The translations under genes and the position numbers were made by a program. The notes beneath the pieces were generated by a model. That model did not search any database. It was not told where the DNA came from and saw only the letters and a list, made by a program, of their open reading frames with translations. Of a DNA stretch of 54,748 nt, positions 8,536 to 18,500 are shown in pieces. The stretch's first letter is position 1. The number at the start of each line of letters is the position of its first letter. This DNA is from a virus (Duplodnaviria; Caudoviricetes). The stretch covers positions 1 to 54,748 of IMG/VR virus record IMGVR_UViG_3300044798_000072. One strand, 5' to 3'.

Positions 8536-9732
8536 TCTTTTCGTCATCTTGTCAATTTCAGCAGCCATTGCGTCCGAGCCTTTGGGAGCGCCTTCGGGCG
8601 GTGGCGTTCCGCCGCCTTCGCCGCCGCTACCAGGGTCGGACTTGCGGTATTTTTTCAGTTCTTCCTCTTTGGACGCAATATCGGCCCGAAGCTGTTTGAT
8701 TATCACTTGGTCGCGCGGCCATGAAACGGCCCACCGCCGAATCAGCGATGTCATTTTGGCGCGTTCTTCCAGCGGCATATTGTTTGCACCATTGACGGCA
8801 TTATCTACAAATTCCCCGCCTTGTTTCAAGGCTGCTGTGACTTCGGCGTTTGTCCCGTCATCACCAAAGAATTCGGGATACTTCTGGACAATGGCTTGGT
8901 CATATTGATTGCGTGCGGCTTCAAACGTCTTGCCGTCGTTCTGCATCCGGTCGAGCATTTGTTTGCGCGTTTCTTGAAAGGTCACGCTCTTTTCGGACAC
9001 GGCCTTGTTGCCGTTTTCTTCAATCTGATTCAGTTCGGCGCGGTATTGCAGGGCAACATCGGCATCGTCACCAAACAGTTCTTTTGCCATCCGACGAGCA
9101 ACAGTCAGAGTTGGCGCGCCCAAAACTCGGTCAAAATCGGCCTTCGTTGCCGGTCGAGTTCTGTCCTCATCATTTTCCTTGAACGTGACAGTCAACCCCT
9201 TGACTTCTTCCAATGCCTGCCCGTATTTGTTTTTCCACGGCGTTTCATACTTGACCTTGAATTCGGGACTTTCCCGGTAATCACGGGAATAAAGGTCGGA
9301 CTCCAAAGATTGCAACCGTTGTTCCTTTTTGGCGTATTCCGCTTCCTGTTCCGGTGTCAGGAACTTGCGCTTATCCAACTCAGCAAGGCGGGATTGCAGC
9401 CGGCCAGTTTCGGCTTCCTTTTCGGACTTGGTTTGCTCGTAGGTCTTGAGCAACTTTTCGTGGGCCGTGCGGAATTCTGCCGGGGCAGTTTTCCAGTCTA
9501 ACGCTTTTTCTGCCGGGGCGGGTTTGCTTTTGGTCACTGGCGGCGTCTTTTCAGGCTTCGGTGGCGCAGGGGGTGGCGCTTTGCCCGCTTCCGGCGCTGA
9601 CGTTTCGGGCGGTGGCGCAGATTCGGGCTTGAGCGCGTCCATCTGCGATTCAAGCAGGGCGCTGCCGGTCAATGGTGCTGGCGTTACTGGCGGGGTTGTT
9701 TCAACGGGTGGAGTTGTAGAAGGTTCTGCCAT
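8530..9732 (-). CDS. Capsid scaffolding protein
   Basis: 400 aa, Pro-rich N-terminus, long coiled coil, between portal and capsid genes. Confidence 0.65.
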   Translation of the reverse strand: MAEPSTTPPVETTPPVTPAPLTGSALLESQMDALKPESAPPPETSAPEAGKAPPPAPPKPEKTPPVTKSKPAPAEKALDWKTAPAEFRTAHEKLLKTYEQTKSEKEAETGRLQSRLAELDKRKFLTPEQEAEYAKKEQRLQSLESDLYSRDYRESPEFKVKYETPWKNKYGQALEEVKGLTVTFKENDEDRTRPATKADFDRVLGAPTLTVARRMAKELFGDDADVALQYRAELNQIEENGNKAVSEKSVTFQETRKQMLDRMQNDGKTFEAARNQYDQAIVQKYPEFFGDDGTNAEVTAALKQGGEFVDNAVNGANNMPLEERAKMTSLIRRWAVSWPRDQVIIKQLRADIASKEEELKKYRKSDPGSGGEGGGTPPPEGAPKGSDAMAAEIDKMTKRT

Positions 9733-9734
9733 AA

Positions 9735-9980
9735 TCAGTTTTTGTTTTGTCCGTCAATTTGTGGGGTTGCATCAGCGATTTTCTGCGCTAGGTTTTTGGC
9801 GCGTTTTCCTACCTGCTGTTCAATGAACTGGTTGGCCAAGTCAACCTTCGTTATTTCAATGGCTGAAACCATAAAATCCAGCGGCACTTTCGCCCGCATA
9901 GCCTGTCCAACTGCCCGATGAAATGCCGTTACAAAATCTTGCGCGTTTGAGTCCATTTTAGGGTTCCAGAGTTTTGCCAT
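9735..9980 (-). CDS. Hypothetical protein
   Basis: 81-aa ORF, operon packing. Confidence 0.65.
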   Translation of the reverse strand: MAKLWNPKMDSNAQDFVTAFHRAVGQAMRAKVPLDFMVSAIEITKVDLANQFIEQQVGKRAKNLAQKIADATPQIDGQNKN

Positions 9981-10276
9981 TATTTGTCGTAGGTTTCAAG
10001 TTGGACTTTTGGCAACTGCCCAATCTTGGTGTTCTTTTCCGGCAGGTCAAGAAGCACTTCAATAAATGACCGAGCGCCCAACAACTTTTCACTGCTTGCA
10101 CCCTTTGACGCCAGTTGAGCAAGCGCGGCATCCAGCGAAACGCGCAACCAGCGGGAATTTGTCACTTCCTGCAACGCCTTCGCACTGTCGGCCTGAAACC
10201 GCTGATATTGCGCTTTGGGAGAGAAGGCGTCAACTATTGGCTCGGATACGGAAGATTCAGGTTTGGGTTTGCTCAT
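9980..10276 (-). CDS. Hypothetical protein (small head-module protein)
   Basis: 98-aa ORF, TAATG overlap. Confidence 0.65.
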   Translation of the reverse strand: MSKPKPESSVSEPIVDAFSPKAQYQRFQADSAKALQEVTNSRWLRVSLDAALAQLASKGASSEKLLGARSFIEVLLDLPEKNTKIGQLPKVQLETYDK

Positions 10277-10440
10277 GGCTTTTTCCTTTTAAATCGTTTC
10301 AACTCGCGTTGCAGTGTTTCAGCTAGCATGGAATTTGCAATTTGAGTTAGTGAAACATTGTATTCACGGTCAATTTTTTTTGACTCGCAAAAAAAACGGG
10401 CGAGGTCGGCTTCGTTTGATTCACTCAACATTACTTGCAC
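10273..10440 (-). CDS. Small basic protein, possibly ribbon-helix-helix DNA-binding
   Basis: Manually translated (M)QVMLSESNEADL...SLTQIANSMLAETLQRELKRFKRKKP; ATGA overlap with next gene. Confidence 0.4.
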   Translation of the reverse strand: MQVMLSESNEADLARFFCESKKIDREYNVSLTQIANSMLAETLQRELKRFKRKKP

Positions 10441-10449
10441 ACGCTGAAC

Positions 10450-10475
10450 TTCGTTGAATCTTCCTGAATTGTCAA
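10450..10475 (-). promoter_or_regulatory. Putative promoter TTGACA-N16-CGAA
   Basis: Intergenic; same motif at 26697-26722 and 28538-28563. Confidence 0.45.
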
Positions 10476-10479
10476 GCGG

Positions 10480-12762
10480 CTATTTTGAACTATTTTCGGC
10501 CCCGTCATTCACGCCCCGCAAGGCCGCAACGGTTCTTTCAAGGGAATCATTGATAAGTTCCTGTTTGTGACTCAAATCCTCCCGCTTGATTTCGGCCAAA
10601 AGCCTCATATTTTCGCGGGCTTGGTCAAGTTGGAATTCAATCATTTTAAGGCGTTGTTTGGCTGCATCTTGCATCTGTTTGGACTGAATCTTGGCCTGCG
10701 TCGTCATCATTATGGATTGCGCCTTGGCTGCGTCTTTGGGGTCGCCTTGTGCTCCACCCTTCGCCTGTGCTTGCCTTTGAGCGAAACTTTTAATGAAATT
10801 CATTGCCTTGCCGATAATGTCGCCATATCGCTTGATGCGCGGCTTTTCCTTTTCGTCGCCTGCCAAAACCATCAAATGTTGGCCAACGCATTGAATCGTC
10901 GTGACCAAACCGACAAGTTCATTAGGAGTTCCCATGTTGTCAGTCGCCGAAATTCTCTGGATAACTGCGCCAACCATCTTGATAAGGGTTTCGATGAAGC
11001 CAATCAAATCCACGCCCGTTCTGACTGAAACCTGATTGCCGGTCATCAATGTTCCGAACACGTTTTCGGCGGCATGAGTGCCGTCCGTTGCGCTCACTGG
11101 CGCTGTCGGCACGAGCATCAGCGCCTTAGCCGGGTCGTTGAGCATGGTTGCCGTGGACAGGCGCAAAATCTTGGTTTGCGCCATCGGGTCGTAAAGGTTT
11201 TTGTTCTGCAAAAGCCATTGGGCTTCCTGCTGCGCCAGAGTCCGGTCGCCGCCGCCAAGCACGCGCTCCGGCGTCACCCGCCATTTATCGGCCACCAGCA
11301 GTTCTTCGGGAATGCCCGCCTTGAGACAATCTTCCCTGAACTTTTTGACCTCTGCATCTTCGGATTCCTTGTAGAGAAAGCGCCTGACCAATTCCTGATA
11401 ATAAAACGCTTCCTGCAAATACATATTTTGCAGCATCCCGTTGACCATGACACTCGCCTGATTCAGCCGGGCGTTGGCTTCAAACGCTGTCATTTCCTTT
11501 TCGCGGCTGTCGTTGACATCCTTGACATAAGCCGAAGAATTCTCCTGCATCAAGCCACGCACTTCGGATTCGGCCTGCTGAACGAGTTTCGGGTCAATCT
11601 GATGGCGTTGTTCGCGTGGAACAATCGTCAATCCATCCGGGATAAACCCGTATTGCTGCAATAAAACCTGTTTAAGCCTGTCCCGGTCTGCCGGGTCTTG
11701 AATCCGAAAATACATTTTCAGGTGTTCAAACACGGCCTGAACAAATTCACAACGCAGCCGATTCAGGGTTTCCGCCGGAGCAAATAGGTCAACGCCCAAG
11801 CTCCGGACTGAATGATATTTCAGGGGCGCAACAAGATTCACGTCGCCAAATTGCACGTTCAGAATCTGGTCAATGTCATCGGCAAAAACATTGTCCTTGC
11901 CGTCGTAAATGAACTTGTCGGTTTTGACCTTGCCGATGGTTTCGCGCAAGACAATGTGCCGATACCACTTGTTAGGTTCATCCACTTCCTGCCAATAAAA
12001 TGCGCGGAGTTTTATGGTGGGAACTTTATCGGAATAAAGATAACCCTTGTTCTGGTCGTGAATTTGCTTCATCGCTTCCGGCTGGTCGCGCCAAGTTGAC
12101 GACGTGCTTTCCGTGTAAAGATTTCGTTGTTCATCCAGAATATCCCTGGCCATCTGCTGATTCCAGCCCTTGTCAACCGTTTCGCCCAACGCCATGTCTG
12201 CAAACTCTCCGGGAGTCAGATAAAGGTTCACCGCGAAATAACGCAGATTGGAAAAGTCGCAATAGGTGTCAGTCGGAATGAGCAAATCTTCCAACGGCAC
12301 AAATCGCCCCTTCCAACTGTAAGAGTTCGGCCAGAGGATTGCACCTATGCCGTGCATACAAACGGTGGCATTACGCGAACGAATCAGGAAATGATGACGC
12401 TTACCAGTGCGTCCACGCTGCAATGGCTTGTGAATCAGATTGGTGAAAACTGTTGACCATTCATCGCGCTTGTCAACCTTGCCTTCTTCCAAGGCGCAGT
12501 TGAACAGGATGCCGGGATGAAGGAGCGCATTGTTAAGCTGGCGGTTGGCATCAGCCATGACCCGCTTGCCTTCGCCCCAATTTACATTTATCTGAATGTT
12601 GAATTTTTCCTCATCCTCTTTGGTGTAGGGCTGTTGGCCATTCATCAAAGAATTTATTTTGGTGCGGTCGCTACCGCGGTCTGACTCGATTCGCTGCATG
12701 GCCTCGCAAACATCAAATATTTTTTGGGGCGAGCCGAATTCGGATTTGGATTTCCTGGCCAT
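10480..12762 (-). CDS. Portal protein
   Basis: 760 aa, helical, EMTAFEANAR motif and coiled-coil C-terminus typical of P22/podovirus-like portals. Confidence 0.75.
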   Translation of the reverse strand: MARKSKSEFGSPQKIFDVCEAMQRIESDRGSDRTKINSLMNGQQPYTKEDEEKFNIQINVNWGEGKRVMADANRQLNNALLHPGILFNCALEEGKVDKRDEWSTVFTNLIHKPLQRGRTGKRHHFLIRSRNATVCMHGIGAILWPNSYSWKGRFVPLEDLLIPTDTYCDFSNLRYFAVNLYLTPGEFADMALGETVDKGWNQQMARDILDEQRNLYTESTSSTWRDQPEAMKQIHDQNKGYLYSDKVPTIKLRAFYWQEVDEPNKWYRHIVLRETIGKVKTDKFIYDGKDNVFADDIDQILNVQFGDVNLVAPLKYHSVRSLGVDLFAPAETLNRLRCEFVQAVFEHLKMYFRIQDPADRDRLKQVLLQQYGFIPDGLTIVPREQRHQIDPKLVQQAESEVRGLMQENSSAYVKDVNDSREKEMTAFEANARLNQASVMVNGMLQNMYLQEAFYYQELVRRFLYKESEDAEVKKFREDCLKAGIPEELLVADKWRVTPERVLGGGDRTLAQQEAQWLLQNKNLYDPMAQTKILRLSTATMLNDPAKALMLVPTAPVSATDGTHAAENVFGTLMTGNQVSVRTGVDLIGFIETLIKMVGAVIQRISATDNMGTPNELVGLVTTIQCVGQHLMVLAGDEKEKPRIKRYGDIIGKAMNFIKSFAQRQAQAKGGAQGDPKDAAKAQSIMMTTQAKIQSKQMQDAAKQRLKMIEFQLDQARENMRLLAEIKREDLSHKQELINDSLERTVAALRGVNDGAENSSK

Positions 12763-12765
12763 AAA

Positions 12766-13521
12766 TTATGGTGCGGTTCGAGTTGCCCGCGCCGTTGACC
12801 GTATCGGTATCGCTTCGCCAACTTCGGGTTCGGGCTTTAGTTCATCACGGAGCAGGCCAATGAGTTGTCCCTTTTTGTCACCGTGAAACAGCACTGCTCC
12901 GGGTCGAATCTTTTCCTTGTCGGATTCGTCCTTAAGCGGGAATTGCTGTAACAGCGAGCACTTGGTTTGCATCTTCATTATCAGTTCCGCCCCGGCGATA
13001 TTGAACGGAATTGGTTTGTTGCAAAGCAGTCTCAAATCATCTGCGGCATTATTGGGATAAATGGCAACCCGTGATGGAAACAGCGCTTCTTCCTTTTCCT
13101 TCGACACGGATTTCATCACCGACCCCAAGTATCGTTTCGGTTGCTCTTCATAGGCGGCAAAAAGCATTTCCAGCCATTGCGGTTTAAGAGGAACGCAATC
13201 CGGCTCAAGCCAGAGGAACGGCCATTCAAAAATCGTGCTGACATAATTCGATGCGGCAAGGAACATCTTGTTTATGCGTTCGGCCTTTGGCTGAGTCGCT
13301 ATCCCGCTGGTTTTATCCGTTATGAACGCAGCGGTTTCAAACGCCACTTCTGCCGCAAGCTGAACCTTTGTCGCCATTTCGGGATGAACGTCACCAGACG
13401 CCACAATCAAAGCATGGCCGCGTGACTGGCGATTGTTGAGAAAGAATATCCAATCACAGAGCTTTTCGGCAAGAGCGCCGTCCTGTTTTGAAAATGGAAT
13501 TACAGTCAGTAGTTTTGTCAT
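12766..13521 (-). CDS. Putative GT-A fold nucleotide-sugar transferase
   Basis: LTVIPF N-terminal strand, FLWLEPDCVPL DxD-like motif, VLFHGDK. Confidence 0.45.
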   Translation of the reverse strand: MTKLLTVIPFSKQDGALAEKLCDWIFFLNNRQSRGHALIVASGDVHPEMATKVQLAAEVAFETAAFITDKTSGIATQPKAERINKMFLAASNYVSTIFEWPFLWLEPDCVPLKPQWLEMLFAAYEEQPKRYLGSVMKSVSKEKEEALFPSRVAIYPNNAADDLRLLCNKPIPFNIAGAELIMKMQTKCSLLQQFPLKDESDKEKIRPGAVLFHGDKKGQLIGLLRDELKPEPEVGEAIPIRSTARATRTAP

Positions 13522-13525
13522 ATAT

Positions 13526-13915
13526 TTATTTCAAAAGCCAGCATCCTGCATCGAACTTCGCCCTTTCTTCCGGTTCTGGCAAGATGTTTTCCAGTGGAAG
13601 CCAGATTTTCAGCCGGCAAACACACCCACAGCCGGCACAAAAATGCAGTTTCTTTTCGCCCCGGACATGAAGCTGCAAATGGTTCTTTATCTCAACCTGT
13701 TTCCGTATCGCATCGGCAACCGACTCCAACACCAGCCAGTCTCTAACGTGTTTCGGACAAACCAAACAGATGTCAGCGCGGGATTGAGCAACGCCCTTTT
13801 CCACCGTCAAACCGCCATGCCCCAACCAGTCACCAAGCACTTTCGCCCCGTTTGCAATCTGACCCACTCTATCAATCCAATTCATTTTGGAAACTCCGTT
13901 TTGCATACATCGCAT
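13526..13915 (-). CDS. Cys-rich hypothetical protein (probable start 13885)
   Basis: CxxCP, CxxCGC motifs. Confidence 0.65.
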   Translation of the reverse strand: MRCMQNGVSKMNWIDRVGQIANGAKVLGDWLGHGGLTVEKGVAQSRADICLVCPKHVRDWLVLESVADAIRKQVEIKNHLQLHVRGEKKLHFCAGCGCVCRLKIWLPLENILPEPEERAKFDAGCWLLK

Positions 13916-14286
13916 TTATAGCCGGTCACACGCCGACCGCTGCAAGTGGCACATATTTTCTCCGTTAAAGCCTTGCCGCATTTGGGGCAAGTTCTGACAA
14001 CAACGCGGGCCGGTTGTGATGTTCCTATTCCGCCCGTGCAATAATTGGAATTGTTTCCAATTCGCTGACAGGTGTAGTCGTCCAACTCAACGGCAACACT
14101 TGTTGGCGAAAGATGCTCCGTGTCGGATGGCAGATATACTTTGGGATTGGCAAGGCGATGTTTGATTATCCGTTGAACCTGTTCATCAAAGGTGCAGGAC
14201 ATTCCCTCAAAGGCCATTCCCGTTCGCGGGTCTGCGAAGTAGTAACCTCCGGGCGGCATCGGGCCATCATGTCTGATAAGGCTCAT
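13882..14286 (-). CDS. Zn-ribbon hypothetical protein
   Basis: CPKCG, CATCS, CDVC; start chosen at MSLIRH. Confidence 0.65.
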   Translation of the reverse strand: MSLIRHDGPMPPGGYYFADPRTGMAFEGMSCTFDEQVQRIIKHRLANPKVYLPSDTEHLSPTSVAVELDDYTCQRIGNNSNYCTGGIGTSQPARVVVRTCPKCGKALTEKICATCSGRRVTGYKCDVCKTEFPK

Positions 14287-14287
14287 A

Positions 14288-15349
14288 TCATTTGAAATCG
14301 CATAATTTGTTCTGCCGCAAAAACTGTATCCATTTACTCCCAAATTTTTCGGGCCAGTTCAAGCCGGCATCAACTTTATCTCCCATCATTTGCAGGGCCG
14401 AAATTAGTCCACAAGCCACCAAATAGCTTGTCGCATTTGAACGAACAGGAATTGCCTCGTCCTCATTTGAGGCAGAAATGTTTCCTTCAATGACCTTCCC
14501 GCCATTAAATTCAGCCACCAAGCCAATCGTATCTCCCCCGCTTGGGATTCTGTCTTTCATTTTTCGGCAAAGTGGCAATTCCAATCCGGCACGGATGTTT
14601 TTCTCTATCGCCGCCAAAGTGTCGGGCAAATAACCATAAATGTATCTAGCCTTACATCCATAATCCCAACCCCATTTAAGAATTTCTTCATGTGGGCACA
14701 ATGCCCCCGCGTTTCCGTCTGGCATGGTCAAAAGATTATCTATCGGCGGGCCTTCCAAGAAAAGAATCCTTTTACCATCTATTTCCCACGTTGATTCGTC
14801 TGAAAATTCGCTGGCAAATTCCGCTGGACTCCATGTTGCAAATCCCTCGCCATCCCAATTAAGGGGTGTGGTAGAATCCAATTCCCACTCCGTTACATCA
14901 ACTGGATTTCCATATTTTTCAATCATCATTCCAAGCAAAGCATTTACATTCCCCGGATTCATTCCGGCGCACGGAATGTGCGGCGCTTGCCATTTGTAAC
15001 GACCAAGCAACAGCTTTTTATCAAGCAAATCAACAAGCGACAATGTTCCCCGGTCTTTTTCGCAAAGAGTCGCATTGATAACAGAAACCCCCGCCCCATC
15101 TGCTTCTTGCATTACTTCCAATTTTGAAAGTTCAGTGGTTAAGTCTATAAGAATGTCGCCCCTTTCCATTCCAAAAGACCGCAAAATGTGCCACAACTGT
15201 TTAATCTCAACCAACGCATTGATTATTGGCGGCATAGATTCTTCGGATGAATCAATTAGAATAAGCTCGCTGCCTTTTTCGTATTTCTCCAACAGCGGAA
15301 TGAGCGACGTTCCACAAAGTCCATTCGCGCCAATAACCATTATCTTCAT
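14288..15349 (-). CDS. Homospermidine synthase-like (saccharopine dehydrogenase fold) enzyme
   Basis: Rossmann IGANGLCG, GMNPGNV, ELD, ATWSPAEFASE, PHEE resemble HSS motifs (GANPG, NTWS..GF..E, HxE). Confidence 0.7.
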   Translation of the reverse strand: MKIMVIGANGLCGTSLIPLLEKYEKGSELILIDSSEESMPPIINALVEIKQLWHILRSFGMERGDILIDLTTELSKLEVMQEADGAGVSVINATLCEKDRGTLSLVDLLDKKLLLGRYKWQAPHIPCAGMNPGNVNALLGMMIEKYGNPVDVTEWELDSTTPLNWDGEGFATWSPAEFASEFSDESTWEIDGKRILFLEGPPIDNLLTMPDGNAGALCPHEEILKWGWDYGCKARYIYGYLPDTLAAIEKNIRAGLELPLCRKMKDRIPSGGDTIGLVAEFNGGKVIEGNISASNEDEAIPVRSNATSYLVACGLISALQMMGDKVDAGLNWPEKFGSKWIQFLRQNKLCDFK

Positions 15350-15519
15350 ATTAAAGAGTGTCTGATTTTGACTGTGCGCCGTTCTCTGGCCTCGCGCAAG
15401 GATTTACGTTCGGCGGATTTGTTGTCGGTCAAATCGTGGGTTTGTCTTTTCACTTCATCGGCAACCATCTTCTTTTGCCGAAGCTCCGATATTTCAAAGG
15501 CTGAAAGTTCGATGCTCAT
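15346..15519 (-). CDS. Small basic hypothetical protein
   Basis: Start at MSIELS with ATGA overlap. Confidence 0.5.
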   Translation of the reverse strand: MSIELSAFEISELRQKKMVADEVKRQTHDLTDNKSAERKSLREARERRTVKIRHSLI

Positions 15520-18500
15520 TCGGAGAATATGCTGGCCGGTTTGATGGGAGGGGCAGTTGCTTGTTCCTTGTTCCAATCGTCTGACAGTCTGCCGCCCGTT
15601 CCGGCCATTATGATTCCGGTGATAAACGCTTTTGTCAAAGCATGGTCTTGCTCTGGTTTTGTAGATAGTTCATGGCTGTGCCAGATGTCGTTCATTCCCT
15701 GTTCAACCGGAATTGGCAAAATAATATCTGAAAGAAACTCCGGCCATGTGTAGGGCTTGACACCTTGCTTTGCCAAACGCTTTGGAACGGGAGGCGGCGG
15801 GCCGTAACCTGGGATTTGAGGCAATGGCCTGTCCTGATAATCGCCCTTTGTGATGACAGAAATGATGGGGCTTAAAAACGGGCTGGCCTGTGTTCGCAGG
15901 TACGAACCTGCCGTTTTATACATGCTCTCATCCGGGTAAATCAGATATTTGGTCTTGCCGCCGCTACCAGCGCCGATTTGATACAGGCGCAACGGCAACC
16001 GCGCCATTGTCAGGAATGGACTTCCCCAAGCGAAATTCATCCCGGCAACCCGGAACTTCATAAAATCGGATTCCATCGGATTCCAGCCGCCGCCACCAAG
16101 AAATGCGGGGACGCCGTTGAGCTTCTTTTTGTCCCCAAACAGAGTGTTCAACTGCTGATTGGCCAGCAGCAGGCCGAATCCAACGGCGGCGATTTTTGCC
16201 TTTTCCTTGAACTGATTTTTGGCAAACCACTTCTCAGCGTCCGTCATGCTGTCCATCTTGACCAGACTATTGGCGGCTCGTAGCGGGTCAGAAACCATCA
16301 CGGCAACGCGGGACGCTTCCAACTTCGGGGCGAACAGCGCATAGCTGGCGGCTCTTCCAAGTTGTCCGGCCCCCGCCTTGGTAACGCCGGTCATGTGGTT
16401 CACAGAATCAGCGATTGCCTTTGCCATGCTGTCGGACTTTTGGGATTCGGAGAGTTTGTCCCATTCGTGGTCGAACAGGTCTTGGCGTAGGATTTTCAGG
16501 ACGGAATAACCGCGTGTCCCCATGCCTACCAGTTTTCCAAGATGAACGCGGTCAAGTTGCGCCTTGAACCACGCCGCCATTTTGGGAAATCCTTGTGCAA
16601 GCTGCGGGTCGTTGAAATCCTCCATCTTGTTCATGTCATTCACCAGTCCGTTTCGTTGTGCGATGGTATGGTTTGGACGACGGGCCAGTGAAGATTTTTG
16701 CATCTCGAAATACTCTGGGCTGGCAACAAGCCGATACATCTTTCCAAAGTTGTCTCCGAAAACGATTGGGTGAGTTGCGGCAACCAGCGAAGCATGAGTC
16801 CCCATTGCAACCAATCCATGCCCTCCCACCTTCATGCTGAACATTGTTTTGGCTGTCGCTGGAAGCGCCTTTTGAAGCCATGTTTCCTGTGAATGTTCAA
16901 TCCAGCGTTTTGCGGCCTGTTTGAGCAACCGCGCCTGACGTTGTTTCTGCCAGACATCATCGGCAATCCGTTTGACCTGCTTGGTTTGGGACAAGCCCTT
17001 GAGAACGTCCTTGGCGTCAATGCCCAAATCTTCGGCCAGCTTGTGAACCGTGTCGCCCTTGTCAGTTCCGCCCTTGTCAATGTATTCGCTCTTGGCGCGA
17101 GTCCAAAGCGTCTTGACCTGAATCGGCGTCATCGGCTTGCCGGACTCGTAATCTTGGAAAAGTTTCTGCTGTTCGACCAAATCAGTCGGGGCTTTTGTGC
17201 CGCCAGTTTTCTTGACGGCTTTCTTGACGCTCTCGGCGTTTGACCCGTGCCTGTCGCCCTCGGCGTCCACCAGCTTTTGAGACGCATCGAAAATGGTTTT
17301 CAAGTGTGGATTAATCTTGTCCCCAAATTCGTCCACCATCACTTTTGACCACTTGGCGAAGTCGAGTCCCCAATGGGCAATGTGAGACGCGCCGATTTCA
17401 GCCACGTCACGCAACACGGTCGGGTCAATGTTGGCAGAGAAAGTGAACGCTCTTGCGCGGATTCTGGCGCGGGCGGCATCGGCCCGTTTGTCGAGGCTGG
17501 AAACAATCTTTTCAGCAATCTTGATGATGGTGTCGCTGTATCGCGGCTTGCCGGTTTCCGTCAGGTTGTCAATGGCGGCTTGCAGGCTGACTTTGGCCGG
17601 TTCAACGGCCTTGTCCGCATCCGAAACTCCCTTGGCGATTCCCTTAGCCTTTGGCTCAAGATATTTCGGCAAATCTTCCCCCGTAACATCCTTGAAAGCG
17701 CGGCTGATTCCGGTGAATGAGCCTGTGTCCAAATCGGTTTCGCCCTGTTGCGCCATGCCCTGCTTGTGCCACTCAGTTTGAATGGCCTTTGACCGAGCAT
17801 CCCAATCACTCAGAGCCTTTTGTGCCGTGCGATACGCCGTTGAATCGGTTCCAAACGTGGATTCAACTTGTCGGGCGGATTGCGCTAAATCTTCTCCATG
17901 AGCGCGAGCCAAGGCAATTAAATCAAACGATGTCGCCTTGGTTTTCTCGAAACCTTGCATGGCCTTTTCCGGGTCGGCTCCGTTGCGCTTCAAATCGCGT
18001 CCCCATTCAACGGCGGCTTCGGCGCTGACACCTTGCCCGTTTGCTGGCAACGCTGACTGACCAGCCTTTGTCCGCGCCTCACGGACGCGCTGAGCGATGC
18101 CATACACGTCACCGCCAGAGCCTTCAACCCATCCGGGGCCAGTGTCCGGGCCTTGCTTCCCTGACGGGCTTCCGGGGCCGGACATTTCACCCGTCGTCTC
18201 TGCCTTCGCTGATTCAACCTGTGCAGGTTTTGCAACGTCTTGTTTGTCCCATTTCGCTTGCGCCCACCGATTTCCCGGCGCGGCGGCAATGTTCGTCATC
18301 TCGGTGCTGGCCTTGTCAATTCCCTTGGCGAGTTTAACGGCGTCCTTTTTCGAGGCTCCGGCTTGCTGCTGAACCAAATCGTCATGCTGTTTCAGAAGTT
18401 CCGCGTATCGCGCCTGTTCTGCTGCAGTGTAGAAAAACTCAGGCGAATTTAATTCAGGGCGTTCTGTGAATGGCTTGAGTGGCAAAACTTGCTCCGGCGC

